From positions 45,559 through 109,558 of IMG/VR virus record IMGVR_UViG_2700988794_000001: a stretch of 64,000 nt of DNA, one strand, 5' to 3'. Position 1 is the first letter of the stretch, and every line of letters starts with the position of its first letter. The notes beneath the pieces are model-generated. The model saw only the letters and a program-made list of their open reading frames with translations. It did not search any database and was not told the DNA's origin. Both the position numbers and the translations under genes were made by a program. Source of the stretch: a virus. Lineage: Duplodnaviria > Caudoviricetes. This document shows positions 22,426 to 30,739 of the stretch, piece after piece.

Positions 22426-23633
22426 GCAAGAGCGCCTGATCGCGCCGCAGATCGGCCCATCCCGTTCGCCGAGAACCGCGTCCGCTACCTGGACAGCGAC
22501 GTGCTGACGGAAGCCTACAAGCGCATCGAGCGCGTGGTGATGATGTACGATAATGTCTTCGTCAGCTACTCCGGCGGCAAGGACAGCCTCGCGGTCGCCT
22601 ACCTCGTCCGTGAAGTCTTCGACAACATGGGCATGAAGGACCGGCCTGTCATCCTCGCCTTCCGTGACGAAGAGCTTATCCCGGATGACGTGATCGAGTT
22701 CGTCCAGTCCTTCAAGGATGATCCTCGCTGGGATTTGCGCTACTACGCCTTCCCGATGGAAAGCCACCTGTTCTTCATGGGCCGTCACCTGCCCTACGTC
22801 CAGTGGGACGAGAAGCGGCGCGGCAACTGGATCAGGGAAAAGCCGGATTACGCCATCGAGCAAATCCATCCGGACAACATCCCGCTGCATCAGTCGATGA
22901 CCTCGGCTTTGACCGTGCTTCACATGGGCCTCAAGGGCCGTACAGCGATTTTCAACGGCATCCGTGCCCAAGAGAGCCTGATACGTTTCCGCGCGTCCAC
23001 GGCCAGCACCGGCAAGGAGAGCTACATCTCCGGCGACATGGGCGGTGCCAAGCATATCAGCTTCGTCAAGCCGATCTTCGACTGGAGCGAGAAGGACATC
23101 TTCAGGTACTTCTACGACAAGAAGATTTCCTACTGCAAAATCTACGAAGCCGAGCTTTGGGCTGGCGCTCCGCTCCGCGTCTCGACGCCGCTGCATGACG
23201 CCGCCTACGACTACCTGTCCAGGCTCCGCGTGATGTATCCGACGTTCTTCGAGCAGATCGTGAACATCTGGCCGGAGGTGGCCGCGCAGGAGCGCTACTG
23301 GAAGAGCTTCGACCGCAACGGCATGATCCATCGCTACCCGAAGTCCTTCGAGGGCATCATCCAGTTCATCGAAGAGAACATGGAAGAGCCTCGCGAAAAG
23401 AAGAAGGCTATCGAAGTCGTGAAGCAGTGCCGCTCTTCCCGCGAGAAGAACAAGCGCACCGGCAAGTACGCCGACTTGTGTGGCAATGGCTACCCACTCC
23501 TGCACGTGTTCAAGGCTATCGTCACTGGCAAGTTCATGAAGGGCGTCCAAGCCACGTGGCTCCGGACAACGCCATGATCGAATACGAGAAGCAGGCTGAC
23601 CTGGAAAAGGCCACAGCCATCAAAGGCGCTTGA
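22412..23633 (+). CDS. PAPS-reductase family protein, IbrA/YbdN-like (frameshifts ~22445 and ~23560)
   Basis: PP-loop SYSGGKDS, GIRAQES, PIFDWSEKDIF, LRVSTP. Confidence 0.85.
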
Positions 23634-23681
23634 CATCGCCGACACGAGTAGGATACCTTAACAATCGTGCAACACGTTGCA
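23630..23681 (+). promoter_or_regulatory. internal promoter with a palindromic operator near the transcription start
   Basis: TTGACA 23630, 18 bp, TACCTT; TGCAACACGTTGCA 23668-23681. Confidence 0.5.
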
Positions 23682-23693
23682 CCCAGGGCTCAC

Positions 23694-24224
23694 ATGAAAC
23701 TTTCCGATCATCCGATTGCCAACATCCAGTGGGTAGAGGTGTCTCGCCTTCAGGCGAACGACTACAACCCGAACGTTGTGGTGACACCCGAATTCAAGCT
23801 GCTCAAGTTCTCGCTCCTGAAGCAGGGCTGGATACAGCCGATCCTCGCTTGCCCGGTTCCTGGCAGCGACACCGCGCTGGAAATCATTGACGGCTTCCAC
23901 CGCGCCACCCTTGCCAAGACGGACAAGGAAGTCTCCGAGATGGCCGAGGGCAAGGTGCCCGTCTCGATCCTTTCCCTGGACGTGGCCGAGCGCAAGATGC
24001 TGACCATCCGCATCAATCGCGCCAAGGGCTCACACGTCGCCGTCAAGATGCACGACATCGTGGTCTCCCTGATCAACGACCATGGCCTGTCCATCAAGGA
24101 CGTTTGCCAAGGCATCGGCGCTGACAAGTCTGAAGTCGAACTCCTGCTCACGGACAACGTCTTCAAGAAGCTCGACATCGAGAACACCCCCTACTCCCGC
24201 GCCTGGGAGCCCAATCCGAAATAG
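23694..24224 (+). CDS. ParB-like protein, IbrB/YbdM-like
   Basis: NDYNPN, GWIQPI, IIDGFHR, TIRINRAKGSH, C-terminal HTH-like segment. Confidence 0.88.
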   Translation: MKLSDHPIANIQWVEVSRLQANDYNPNVVVTPEFKLLKFSLLKQGWIQPILACPVPGSDTALEIIDGFHRATLAKTDKEVSEMAEGKVPVSILSLDVAERKMLTIRINRAKGSHVAVKMHDIVVSLINDHGLSIKDVCQGIGADKSEVELLLTDNVFKKLDIENTPYSRAWEPNPK

Positions 24225-24276
24225 CTTGGCAGGGTGCCTAGACAACACCGTTCCCTTCGAACACTGCCTCGCTATA

Positions 24277-24312
24277 GGCCCGCCGGTTATCCCCTCTCCG
24301 GCGGGCCATTTT
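24277..24312 (+). terminator. intrinsic terminator
   Basis: GGCCCGCCGG...CCGGCGGGCC-ATTTT. Confidence 0.65.
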
Positions 24313-24316
24313 CGTC

Positions 24317-24345
24317 TTGACAAAGGATTGGTTCTAAGTTATTCC
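24317..24345 (+). promoter_or_regulatory. phage promoter
   Basis: TTGACA-AAGGATTGGTTCTAAGT-TATTCC. Confidence 0.75.
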
Positions 24346-24373
24346 TATACGTGTAGAATAACGGAGAACCACC

Positions 24374-24667
24374 ATGCTCACCAAGAGCCAGAAAATCTTC
24401 TACAAGCAAGTCGGCTATTACACCACCGCTGGCGTAGGCAGTGCCTTGTTCGTCGGCATGGTGATCGGCGGGCTGTTCGCCATCCTGATCAACCTGACAT
24501 CCTGGAATGAAGTGGACGCCACGGACAAGAGCGCAAGCCAGCGTTCCGGCGTCAGACTGGTCAACGACTACGGCAACGGATGCCAATACCTCATGAGCAA
24601 AGAAGGCCATCTCACCCCTCGTATGGGCGTGGACGGCAAGCAGATATGCAATGGAGAAAAGAAGTGA
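24374..24667 (+). CDS. membrane-anchored hypothetical protein
   Basis: TM segment, DYGNGCQYL, GGAGAACCACCATG leader. Confidence 0.7.
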   Translation: MLTKSQKIFYKQVGYYTTAGVGSALFVGMVIGGLFAILINLTSWNEVDATDKSASQRSGVRLVNDYGNGCQYLMSKEGHLTPRMGVDGKQICNGEKK

Positions 24668-24898
24668 CACAGATACTCACGCTGGCTGCTACGCTAGCTG
24701 TTTTCATCGCCTCGATTTACACGGTTCGTCTTGTTGACCGTGAGCGCTATGCTGATCGTGCCTCGGAAGTCTCCTGCCCGGCTGGCAAGGTTCTGGTTCT
24801 CGACTTCAGCCGCAAGTTCGTCTGCCTCGACGGGCAGAAGCCAGAGCACAAAGATTAAATTTCCAGGGCTATCCACATTCGCATAGGAGAATGCACAC

Positions 24899-25090
24899 AT
24901 GCCGAAATATAAAGTGATCCTGCGCCGCGTTGTCACACAGACAGCCGAACACATCATCGACTGTGACCCAGGCGAGACACCCTTCGACAAGGCCAGCAAG
25001 CAGCTTGAGGCTGGCGAGATCGAAAGCAAATGGGTGGACAAGGACATCGCCGGTCTCTCTCACGACGTGTCGTTCATCGACGCCGAATAA
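24899..25090 (+). CDS. hypothetical protein
   Basis: AGGAG upstream, 63 aa. Confidence 0.6.
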   Translation: MPKYKVILRRVVTQTAEHIIDCDPGETPFDKASKQLEAGEIESKWVDKDIAGLSHDVSFIDAE

Positions 25091-25123
25091 CTGCAACTTG
25101 TTGCACGTCTCTGGGAGAGAACG

Positions 25124-26368
25124 ATGCTTAATCCTTTTCGCCGGGCAGTGGACCTCTCTGATGTTCCCTCGCCCGGCAACTTCCTGACACGAGCCTTCAG
25201 CCGTCTCTTCGGCAAGGGCCGCAAGCAGGCGCACCAAGCCGAGCTTACCAGGGCTATCAATGGTGGGCTCGCCCGACAAGCCGAGCTTTCCAGGGCGCTC
25301 GCTTCCGGCGGTCCTGCCAACCATGTGCCCGCTGGCACACCTATACCAGTTGTGACCGTGCAGGTAAGCGGCGACGTGCAGGCCGCTGACACAATGGGGC
25401 GCGTAGCCTCAGCCATTAGGGATCAGTTCGCCATCAACAACGCTGCCGTCGCCCGGCGACGAAGCAGAGATGCCGTCGCTAGGGCTATCCACATTGATAC
25501 GACCGTAAAGGAGCAACCCATGCCAGAGAAGCAGGAGACGAAGCGTAAGGTTTGGCTGGGTGAGGATAGACCATCCGTCATTGCCCAGCGTGAGGCCAAG
25601 GAGAGGGCAGAGCGGCTCGCCAAGGAGGCAGCAGAGCGCCGGGCACGCATCGAAGCGGAGGAGGCTCAGCGGAAGGCTATGGCCCTCGTGGAAGCCGAGC
25701 GTGCGCTGGCAGAGCGACGGGCACAGTTGGAGGCGAGCCGTCAGCAGGGCTATGCACCTGCCAATACGTCGGTGAGTGCCGAGGCATCCGTCCTCCGGAT
25801 CGATGAGCTTCTGACCGTCAAGGCTAACCGTGTCCTGCCCGTGCACTACCGCGAAACAATCGAGGGCTACTACGATGCCTTGAGAGGCGACAACGTCTAT
25901 CAGACCACGGGCGTGCTGTCGCCACCTCCGGCCAACTACAGCTACTATCTCTTGACAAAGGACACCGTAGGGCTACCCGTCTCCGCTGATCGCCCGGCTC
26001 GCTTTTCTGCATCGATCATCATGCCGGAAGTCAACAAGGGCGGTCAGGTCAACATCCAGTCCAGGTCCATGTACGTCCACCATGCCTTCGTCATGCCTAT
26101 CGAGTTGACGCTCGCCTTGCGTGGAAAGCTACCCAAGGAAATGGCTGACCGCTTGGGCGCTGTCGTCGTCATGGAAGACGAAGGCCGTGGCGATCTCCGG
26201 CAGTACCGCGTGGACCACGAGATATTGAACGATGTCTTGAGCGGTGGCGGTCTCTACGATTGGGGCAAGTCGATCAATCGGGACTTCAAGATGTTTGGCG
26301 CTCGCGCCGCCTTCGGCTCAGCGGAGACCGCGTTTCGTGGCGCGTCCACCAGCATTGTGTACCGATAA
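25124..26368 (+). CDS. hypothetical coiled-coil protein
   Basis: 414-aa ORF, GGGAG RBS, EAER-rich helix. Confidence 0.7.
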   Translation: MLNPFRRAVDLSDVPSPGNFLTRAFSRLFGKGRKQAHQAELTRAINGGLARQAELSRALASGGPANHVPAGTPIPVVTVQVSGDVQAADTMGRVASAIRDQFAINNAAVARRRSRDAVARAIHIDTTVKEQPMPEKQETKRKVWLGEDRPSVIAQREAKERAERLAKEAAERRARIEAEEAQRKAMALVEAERALAERRAQLEASRQQGYAPANTSVSAEASVLRIDELLTVKANRVLPVHYRETIEGYYDALRGDNVYQTTGVLSPPPANYSYYLLTKDTVGLPVSADRPARFSASIIMPEVNKGGQVNIQSRSMYVHHAFVMPIELTLALRGKLPKEMADRLGAVVVMEDEGRGDLRQYRVDHEILNDVLSGGGLYDWGKSINRDFKMFGARAAFGSAETAFRGASTSIVYR

Positions 26369-26374
26369 AAAAAT

Positions 26375-26425
26375 TGCAACATGTTGCATTTAGGTGTTGC
26401 CAAAGGATCGGTTCTACGTTAGGTT
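26375..26425 (+). promoter_or_regulatory. palindrome + phage promoter
   Basis: TTGCCA 26397-AAGGATCGGTTCTACGT-TAGGTT. Confidence 0.85.
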
Positions 26426-26463
26426 ATAAGCATCGAAGCAAACAAGCCAACCGGAGAACCACC

Positions 26464-26856
26464 ATGGCACGCAAGATCAAAGTTACCGCCTCTGAACTCC
26501 AGCGCTCGAAGCAGAGCCTGAACTACGGCCAGATCGAAATGGCCAAGCTGTTCACCTCTGAAGACGCGGTCACCAAGGTTCACGCAGACGGCACGGTCGA
26601 ACGTCTGAACCGCGCGACCATGGAGCAGATCGGCTACTTCCTCAAGGGCAAGCGCGCCGTTGACGGTGTAGAGATCATGGAAGAACTGAACAAGGATTGC
26701 ATCGCGCTCCTGGTACAGGGCGGCTACGTCAAGGCCGAGAAGCGTTGCAAGAGCGCAAAGCATGACATGTACTGGATCACCGCCAAGGCGGCTGAGCGTT
26801 TCAACCTGAAGCCGGTCACCTCGTTCGGCCTGCCCTTCAAATTCCTGGAGGCGTAA
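26464..26856 (+). CDS. hypothetical protein
   Basis: Promoter cassette plus GGAGAACCACCATG leader. Confidence 0.75.
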   Translation: MARKIKVTASELQRSKQSLNYGQIEMAKLFTSEDAVTKVHADGTVERLNRATMEQIGYFLKGKRAVDGVEIMEELNKDCIALLVQGGYVKAEKRCKSAKHDMYWITAKAAERFNLKPVTSFGLPFKFLEA

Positions 26857-27021
26857 GGTGGAGAAGACAGTCGGCCTCGCCGTCACCATCGCAGCTTTTG
26901 TATGGGTCGCGTACTTTGTTGCTACCGACCACAGTATGGAGAAGTGCCAGAAAGCAGGACATTACTTCGACACGTGCGTCACCGCTTTTCGGTGACGCAT
27001 TTCTTCTTGGAGGGAAGAAAA

Positions 27022-27231
27022 ATGGACAAGATGATAAAGCATACGCATGCAGCGCATCGCCTGTTCATCGCGGGTTACATGTCTCATTACGACATGCAGT
27101 CGCTCCTGTTCGTCCACCATCCGGACACTGGCCACGTCGCCAGTCTGCCCGTGATCGGCAACAACGTCTGCGCCAAGGCCGTCCAAGCCCTTGAGAACGC
27201 AGCAAAAAATATTGCAACTTGTTGCACTTAA
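27022..27231 (+). CDS. hypothetical protein
   Basis: GGAGG RBS. Confidence 0.55.
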   Translation: MDKMIKHTHAAHRLFIAGYMSHYDMQSLLFVHHPDTGHVASLPVIGNNVCAKAVQALENAAKNIATCCT

Positions 27232-27263
27232 CCCTTGTCAAAGGATCGTTCCTTCGGTATCTT
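27213..27263 (+). promoter_or_regulatory. palindrome + phage promoter
   Basis: TTGTCA 27235-AAGGATCGTTCCTTCGG-TATCTT. Confidence 0.85.
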
Positions 27264-27298
27264 ATAAACATCGAAGGAACGAACCAAGGACTAAGACA

Positions 27299-27727
27299 AT
27301 GGCACTGATCGAAGCAATCGAAGACCTCAAGGCCGAGCTTGAGGCAGGCAAGTCAGTTGACGCAGTGATCGAGCAGATCGCAGAGGATCACGACCTGAAG
27401 CCGGTCTTCCTGCGCAACCGCGCCATCGCCGCCATCGGCGACCTGGACAACTACGCAGAGCGCGCCGCCGCTGCTCGCGAGGCAAACAAATCCAACATCG
27501 AAGGGGCAAAGCGCAAGATCGCGCTGTCTCGCGTAAAGGCGCAGATCGAAGCGCACAATGCTGGCACCGCTCGCGTCAGCGACGGACAGCTTCGCATCCT
27601 GATCGCCGCCGCCAACGAACTCGGTGCCAACTATCAGTTGGTGCAGCGTGGCCAGCGCCTGCCCGCTACCCCGGCGCAGCAGTTCGAGCGTGACATGCGC
27701 CGCCTGATCAAAATGCTGATGGCATAA
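27299..27727 (+). CDS. hypothetical protein
   Basis: Directly downstream of a promoter cassette. Confidence 0.75.
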   Translation: MALIEAIEDLKAELEAGKSVDAVIEQIAEDHDLKPVFLRNRAIAAIGDLDNYAERAAAAREANKSNIEGAKRKIALSRVKAQIEAHNAGTARVSDGQLRILIAAANELGANYQLVQRGQRLPATPAQQFERDMRRLIKMLMA

Positions 27728-27733
27728 AAAAAG

Positions 27734-27785
27734 TGCAACTTGTTGCAACATAAGTGTTGCCAAAGGATCGGTTTGTGGTTAGATT
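27734..27785 (+). promoter_or_regulatory. palindrome + phage promoter
   Basis: TTGCCA 27757-AAGGATCGGTTTGTGGT-TAGATT. Confidence 0.85.
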
Positions 27786-27813
27786 ATAACCATAGAAACA
27801 AGGAGTTAAGCAG

Positions 27814-28017
27814 ATGGCCATCCAGATCAAGACAGAGCGCTACGAGTTCGCACACGGCAAGGCACCGAAGGGTACTGGCGGCTGGGCATTCGAGGGCGAG
27901 ATGTTCGACAAGCCCGTCTTCGCTCCGGCATTCATGAGCTACCGCGAAGCCTGCGCCTGGGTCCGGCAGATCGTCCGCCGCACCCACCAGGACGCAACCA
28001 TCCACGTCGCATCGTAA
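27814..28017 (+). CDS. hypothetical protein
   Basis: AAGGAG RBS; HGKAPKGTGGWAF. Confidence 0.75.
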   Translation: MAIQIKTERYEFAHGKAPKGTGGWAFEGEMFDKPVFAPAFMSYREACAWVRQIVRRTHQDATIHVAS

Positions 28018-28419
28018 TCAACCACGGCAACTCAGGAGAACCACCATGGCCGTCGTCAAGTACAACGCAGAGACCAACAAGCATGACGTGATCATCTTCG
28101 GCGCGGACACCGTGTCGTTCGATCACGAAGACGAGGCGGAAGGCTTCGCAGAGTTCGTCAATGGAGGCGACAATGACTGAGAACGAATACCTGATCGCCC
28201 GGTCCCGCAAGTACACCGTGGTGGAGGTTCTCCTCTTCCTGGGGATCGCGGTCACCCTGTTCTTCCTCGGCTGGCAGAAGGTCGCCATCTGTTTTCTGAT
28301 TTGGGCCTGCTTGTCCCTGATCACCCACCACAGACGCGTGAAGCGTTACTACTACATCGACTAACCCACAGGGGAGGGCTTCGCGGCTCTCCTCTGCAAC
28401 TTGTTGCATGGAGGCAACC

Positions 28420-28932
28420 ATGATCCATTTCGTTGAAGGCCGCGATGAGTGGTTTATCCTTTCCTGGCGTACCGTCTCCGGCGCACCACGCTGGTACACT
28501 GGACACACCCGCGAAGACATCGCCGAACTCGTGCGGCAACTGAAGGAAGTCAATAGACAGTGCATCGCCGTCTACCACGTCCGGCCCAAGCCACGCTATG
28601 TCGTCACGCCGTATGAGGAGGGCTGGGTCATCCGCGACAATCTGAAGGGAACGATCACCACAATCGGCGGCATGCGCAAGGAAGCCCTAGAGAGCATCGC
28701 CGACTATCTCAGCAAGGAGCACGTAAAGTTCTCGCGCCCTCCGGAGACCATAAGACACGTAAGCCGCCAAGAGCACAGGATGGGTAGAGCCACCCGTGAC
28801 GTTAAAGGAAAGCCGCCCGTCGTCGTGCAGGATTTCGCGGCCCTTCAAGAAAAGCCTAAGAGAACACGTAAGAAGAAAGAGGAGTACGTAAACCCCCTCG
28901 GCTTCCCAGACGTAAAGATTTCCCCCTACTGA
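28420..28932 (+). CDS. hypothetical protein
   Basis: GGAGG RBS after a palindrome. Confidence 0.65.
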   Translation: MIHFVEGRDEWFILSWRTVSGAPRWYTGHTREDIAELVRQLKEVNRQCIAVYHVRPKPRYVVTPYEEGWVIRDNLKGTITTIGGMRKEALESIADYLSKEHVKFSRPPETIRHVSRQEHRMGRATRDVKGKPPVVVQDFAALQEKPKRTRKKKEEYVNPLGFPDVKISPY

Positions 28933-29045
28933 ACACTAGAGAGGAGAGAGACAGATAGAGATAACAGAGACCAATCTCTCTCCTCCCTGATAGCCTGCAA
29001 CATGTTGCAAATTCTGATAACGAAACCAGAAATGGATCACTCCCT

Positions 29046-29705
29046 ATGATTTCCTCTTCAACACAGTCTTCTCGCTTGGAAACTCCTATCCCGGAACGCA
29101 TGCAGCACCTGGACAGAGATGAGCGTGGCTACCCGATCCCGTTCAATCTCTTCCGGGATAAATCGGGTAAGGCGCACTTCACCATCAACGATGAGAACCG
29201 GAGACAGATGATCATCGCGAAGGACTTGTGCGCTATCTGTGGCAAGGGTCTCTTACGTGGGCGCTGGTTCGTCGGTGGCCCGGCCAGTGCGTTCCATGAC
29301 ACGGGCAACTATATCGACACCGCCATGCACTATGAGTGCGTCGAGTATGCGCTGAAGGTTTGTCCATATCTCGCGGCTCCCTCCTACGCCCGGCGCATTG
29401 ACGACAAGACGCTGAAGTCGGAGAACCGTGACACCCACGACATCTTCCAAGACCCGACGATGGATGCTCAGCGCCCGCGCGTGTTTGTCGCCGTCATGGA
29501 CGTGCGGACAGATTACACCGTGCATCCGACCATCGGCCACGTCGTCTACGTCAAGCCGCGCGGCCCCTATAAGATTGTCGAGTTCTGGCGGCAGGGTGTG
29601 CGCATTGATGGTGCGACCGGCCTCGCCATTGCCGCCGAACGTGTTGACCCGGCGATGATCGCCAGGAAGATCGACAAGAAGACGCAGATCAGGTGGACCG
29701 AATAA
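29046..29705 (+). CDS. hypothetical zinc-binding protein
   Basis: RGYPIPF, LCAICG, MHYECVEYA..CPYL. Confidence 0.75.
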   Translation: MISSSTQSSRLETPIPERMQHLDRDERGYPIPFNLFRDKSGKAHFTINDENRRQMIIAKDLCAICGKGLLRGRWFVGGPASAFHDTGNYIDTAMHYECVEYALKVCPYLAAPSYARRIDDKTLKSENRDTHDIFQDPTMDAQRPRVFVAVMDVRTDYTVHPTIGHVVYVKPRGPYKIVEFWRQGVRIDGATGLAIAAERVDPAMIARKIDKKTQIRWTE

Positions 29706-29708
29706 AGT

Positions 29709-29759
29709 TGCAACATGTTGCACTTAGGCCTTGCCAAAGGATCGGTTCGTTGTTAATCT
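29709..29759 (+). promoter_or_regulatory. palindrome + phage promoter
   Basis: TTGCCA 29731-AAGGATCGGTTCGTTGT-TAATCT. Confidence 0.85.
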
Positions 29760-29777
29760 CTTATTACTGAAACGGAG

Positions 29778-29990
29778 ATGACGACCATGAGCCACTGGAC
29801 AGAGAAGATGAACGAGGCGGAAGCAGCCGCCAGTGCCGCATGGGAACGCATGCAACAGGCCCGCAAGGATGGCAACCGCCGCGCCGAGAACAAGGCATGG
29901 CGGGAGCACTCCAAGCACAAGGATGCCGCCAGCCGCTTCCGCGCCTTCGCCAACCCCATGGAGGTTAGCGCCTCCGGTTTCGCATCGTAA
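29778..29990 (+). CDS. hypothetical protein
   Basis: Downstream of a promoter cassette. Confidence 0.65.
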   Translation: MTTMSHWTEKMNEAEAAASAAWERMQQARKDGNRRAENKAWREHSKHKDAASRFRAFANPMEVSASGFAS

Positions 29991-30001
29991 GGAGAACCAC
30001 C

Positions 30002-30232
30002 ATGGCAGAGAAGCACAGCAACCTGATCGACCGCCGCGCCACACAGGAAGCCAAGGTAGGCATCTGCCAGTTGGCAGGCAAGCAGTGGGTCGAACTCCTT
30101 GACCCGGCAACGAAGGCACCTTACCGCTTCGCAGACAAGAAGACCTGCATGAAGACGGTCACCCGCCTCGTGCTCAAGGGCACGCACAACATCATGCCTT
30201 TCAACGCATCGACCGGCGAACTGCTCGGCTAA
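30002..30232 (+). CDS. hypothetical protein
   Basis: GGAGAACCACCATG leader. Confidence 0.7.
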   Translation: MAEKHSNLIDRRATQEAKVGICQLAGKQWVELLDPATKAPYRFADKKTCMKTVTRLVLKGTHNIMPFNASTGELLG

Positions 30233-30237
30233 CAAGG

Positions 30238-30262
30238 GAGGGGGCTTAACGCCCCCTTTCTC
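30238..30262. terminator. hairpin/terminator between convergent genes
   Basis: GGGGGC-TTAAC-GCCCCC-TTTCT. Confidence 0.55.
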
Positions 30263-30463
30263 TTAGAGTGGGTATTTGCAGCGTTCGATGATCGCAGCCG
30301 CGTCCACCGCAGGGTGGTTGGCCTCGATCCATTCCTGGAAGAGCGTGTCGTGGTCAGCCCTATAGGCGTAGCTGTCGCGCAGTTCTTCGCCAATGTCGTT
30401 GGCCCATGCCCGGAAGAGGTCGATGACTTCGGTGGAGGTGGGGAGGTTCGCAGGTATGTTCAT
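30263..30463 (-). CDS. hypothetical protein (only convincing minus-strand gene)
   Basis: Preceded on the minus strand by GGAGAACCACCATG (30461-30474). Confidence 0.7.
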   Translation of the reverse strand: MNIPANLPTSTEVIDLFRAWANDIGEELRDSYAYRADHDTLFQEWIEANHPAVDAAAIIERCKYPL

Positions 30464-30528
30464 GGTGGTTCTCCGTTGTTTGCCTGATCATATTGCCCTA
30501 GCGCCTCGCCGATCTCAAACGGTTTGTT

Positions 30529-30580
30529 TGCAACTTGTTGCAATATATCCGTTGACAAAGGATCGGTTCGTTGTTAAGTT
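30529..30580 (+). promoter_or_regulatory. palindrome + phage promoter
   Basis: TTGACA 30552-AAGGATCGGTTCGTTGT-TAAGTT. Confidence 0.85.
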
Positions 30581-30739
30581 AAGAGCATAGAAACGGAGAC
30601 GCCAGATGTTCCACTTTGTGTTTTTCTACTGCGCCGCATTCCTGCCGCTCCTGGCAAGCGAAGTGATCAGCATGGCCATCTGGCGCGAAGATCGTGTTCG
30701 CGGCTACCGCCGCCGTTGGAAGAAGTGAGGAGAGCCGAC

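Noticed and set aside
25952-25980. Intragenic TTGACAAAGGAC as another promoter cassette
   Set aside because: Spacer diverges, -10 is poor and there is no obvious downstream start; may be a relic
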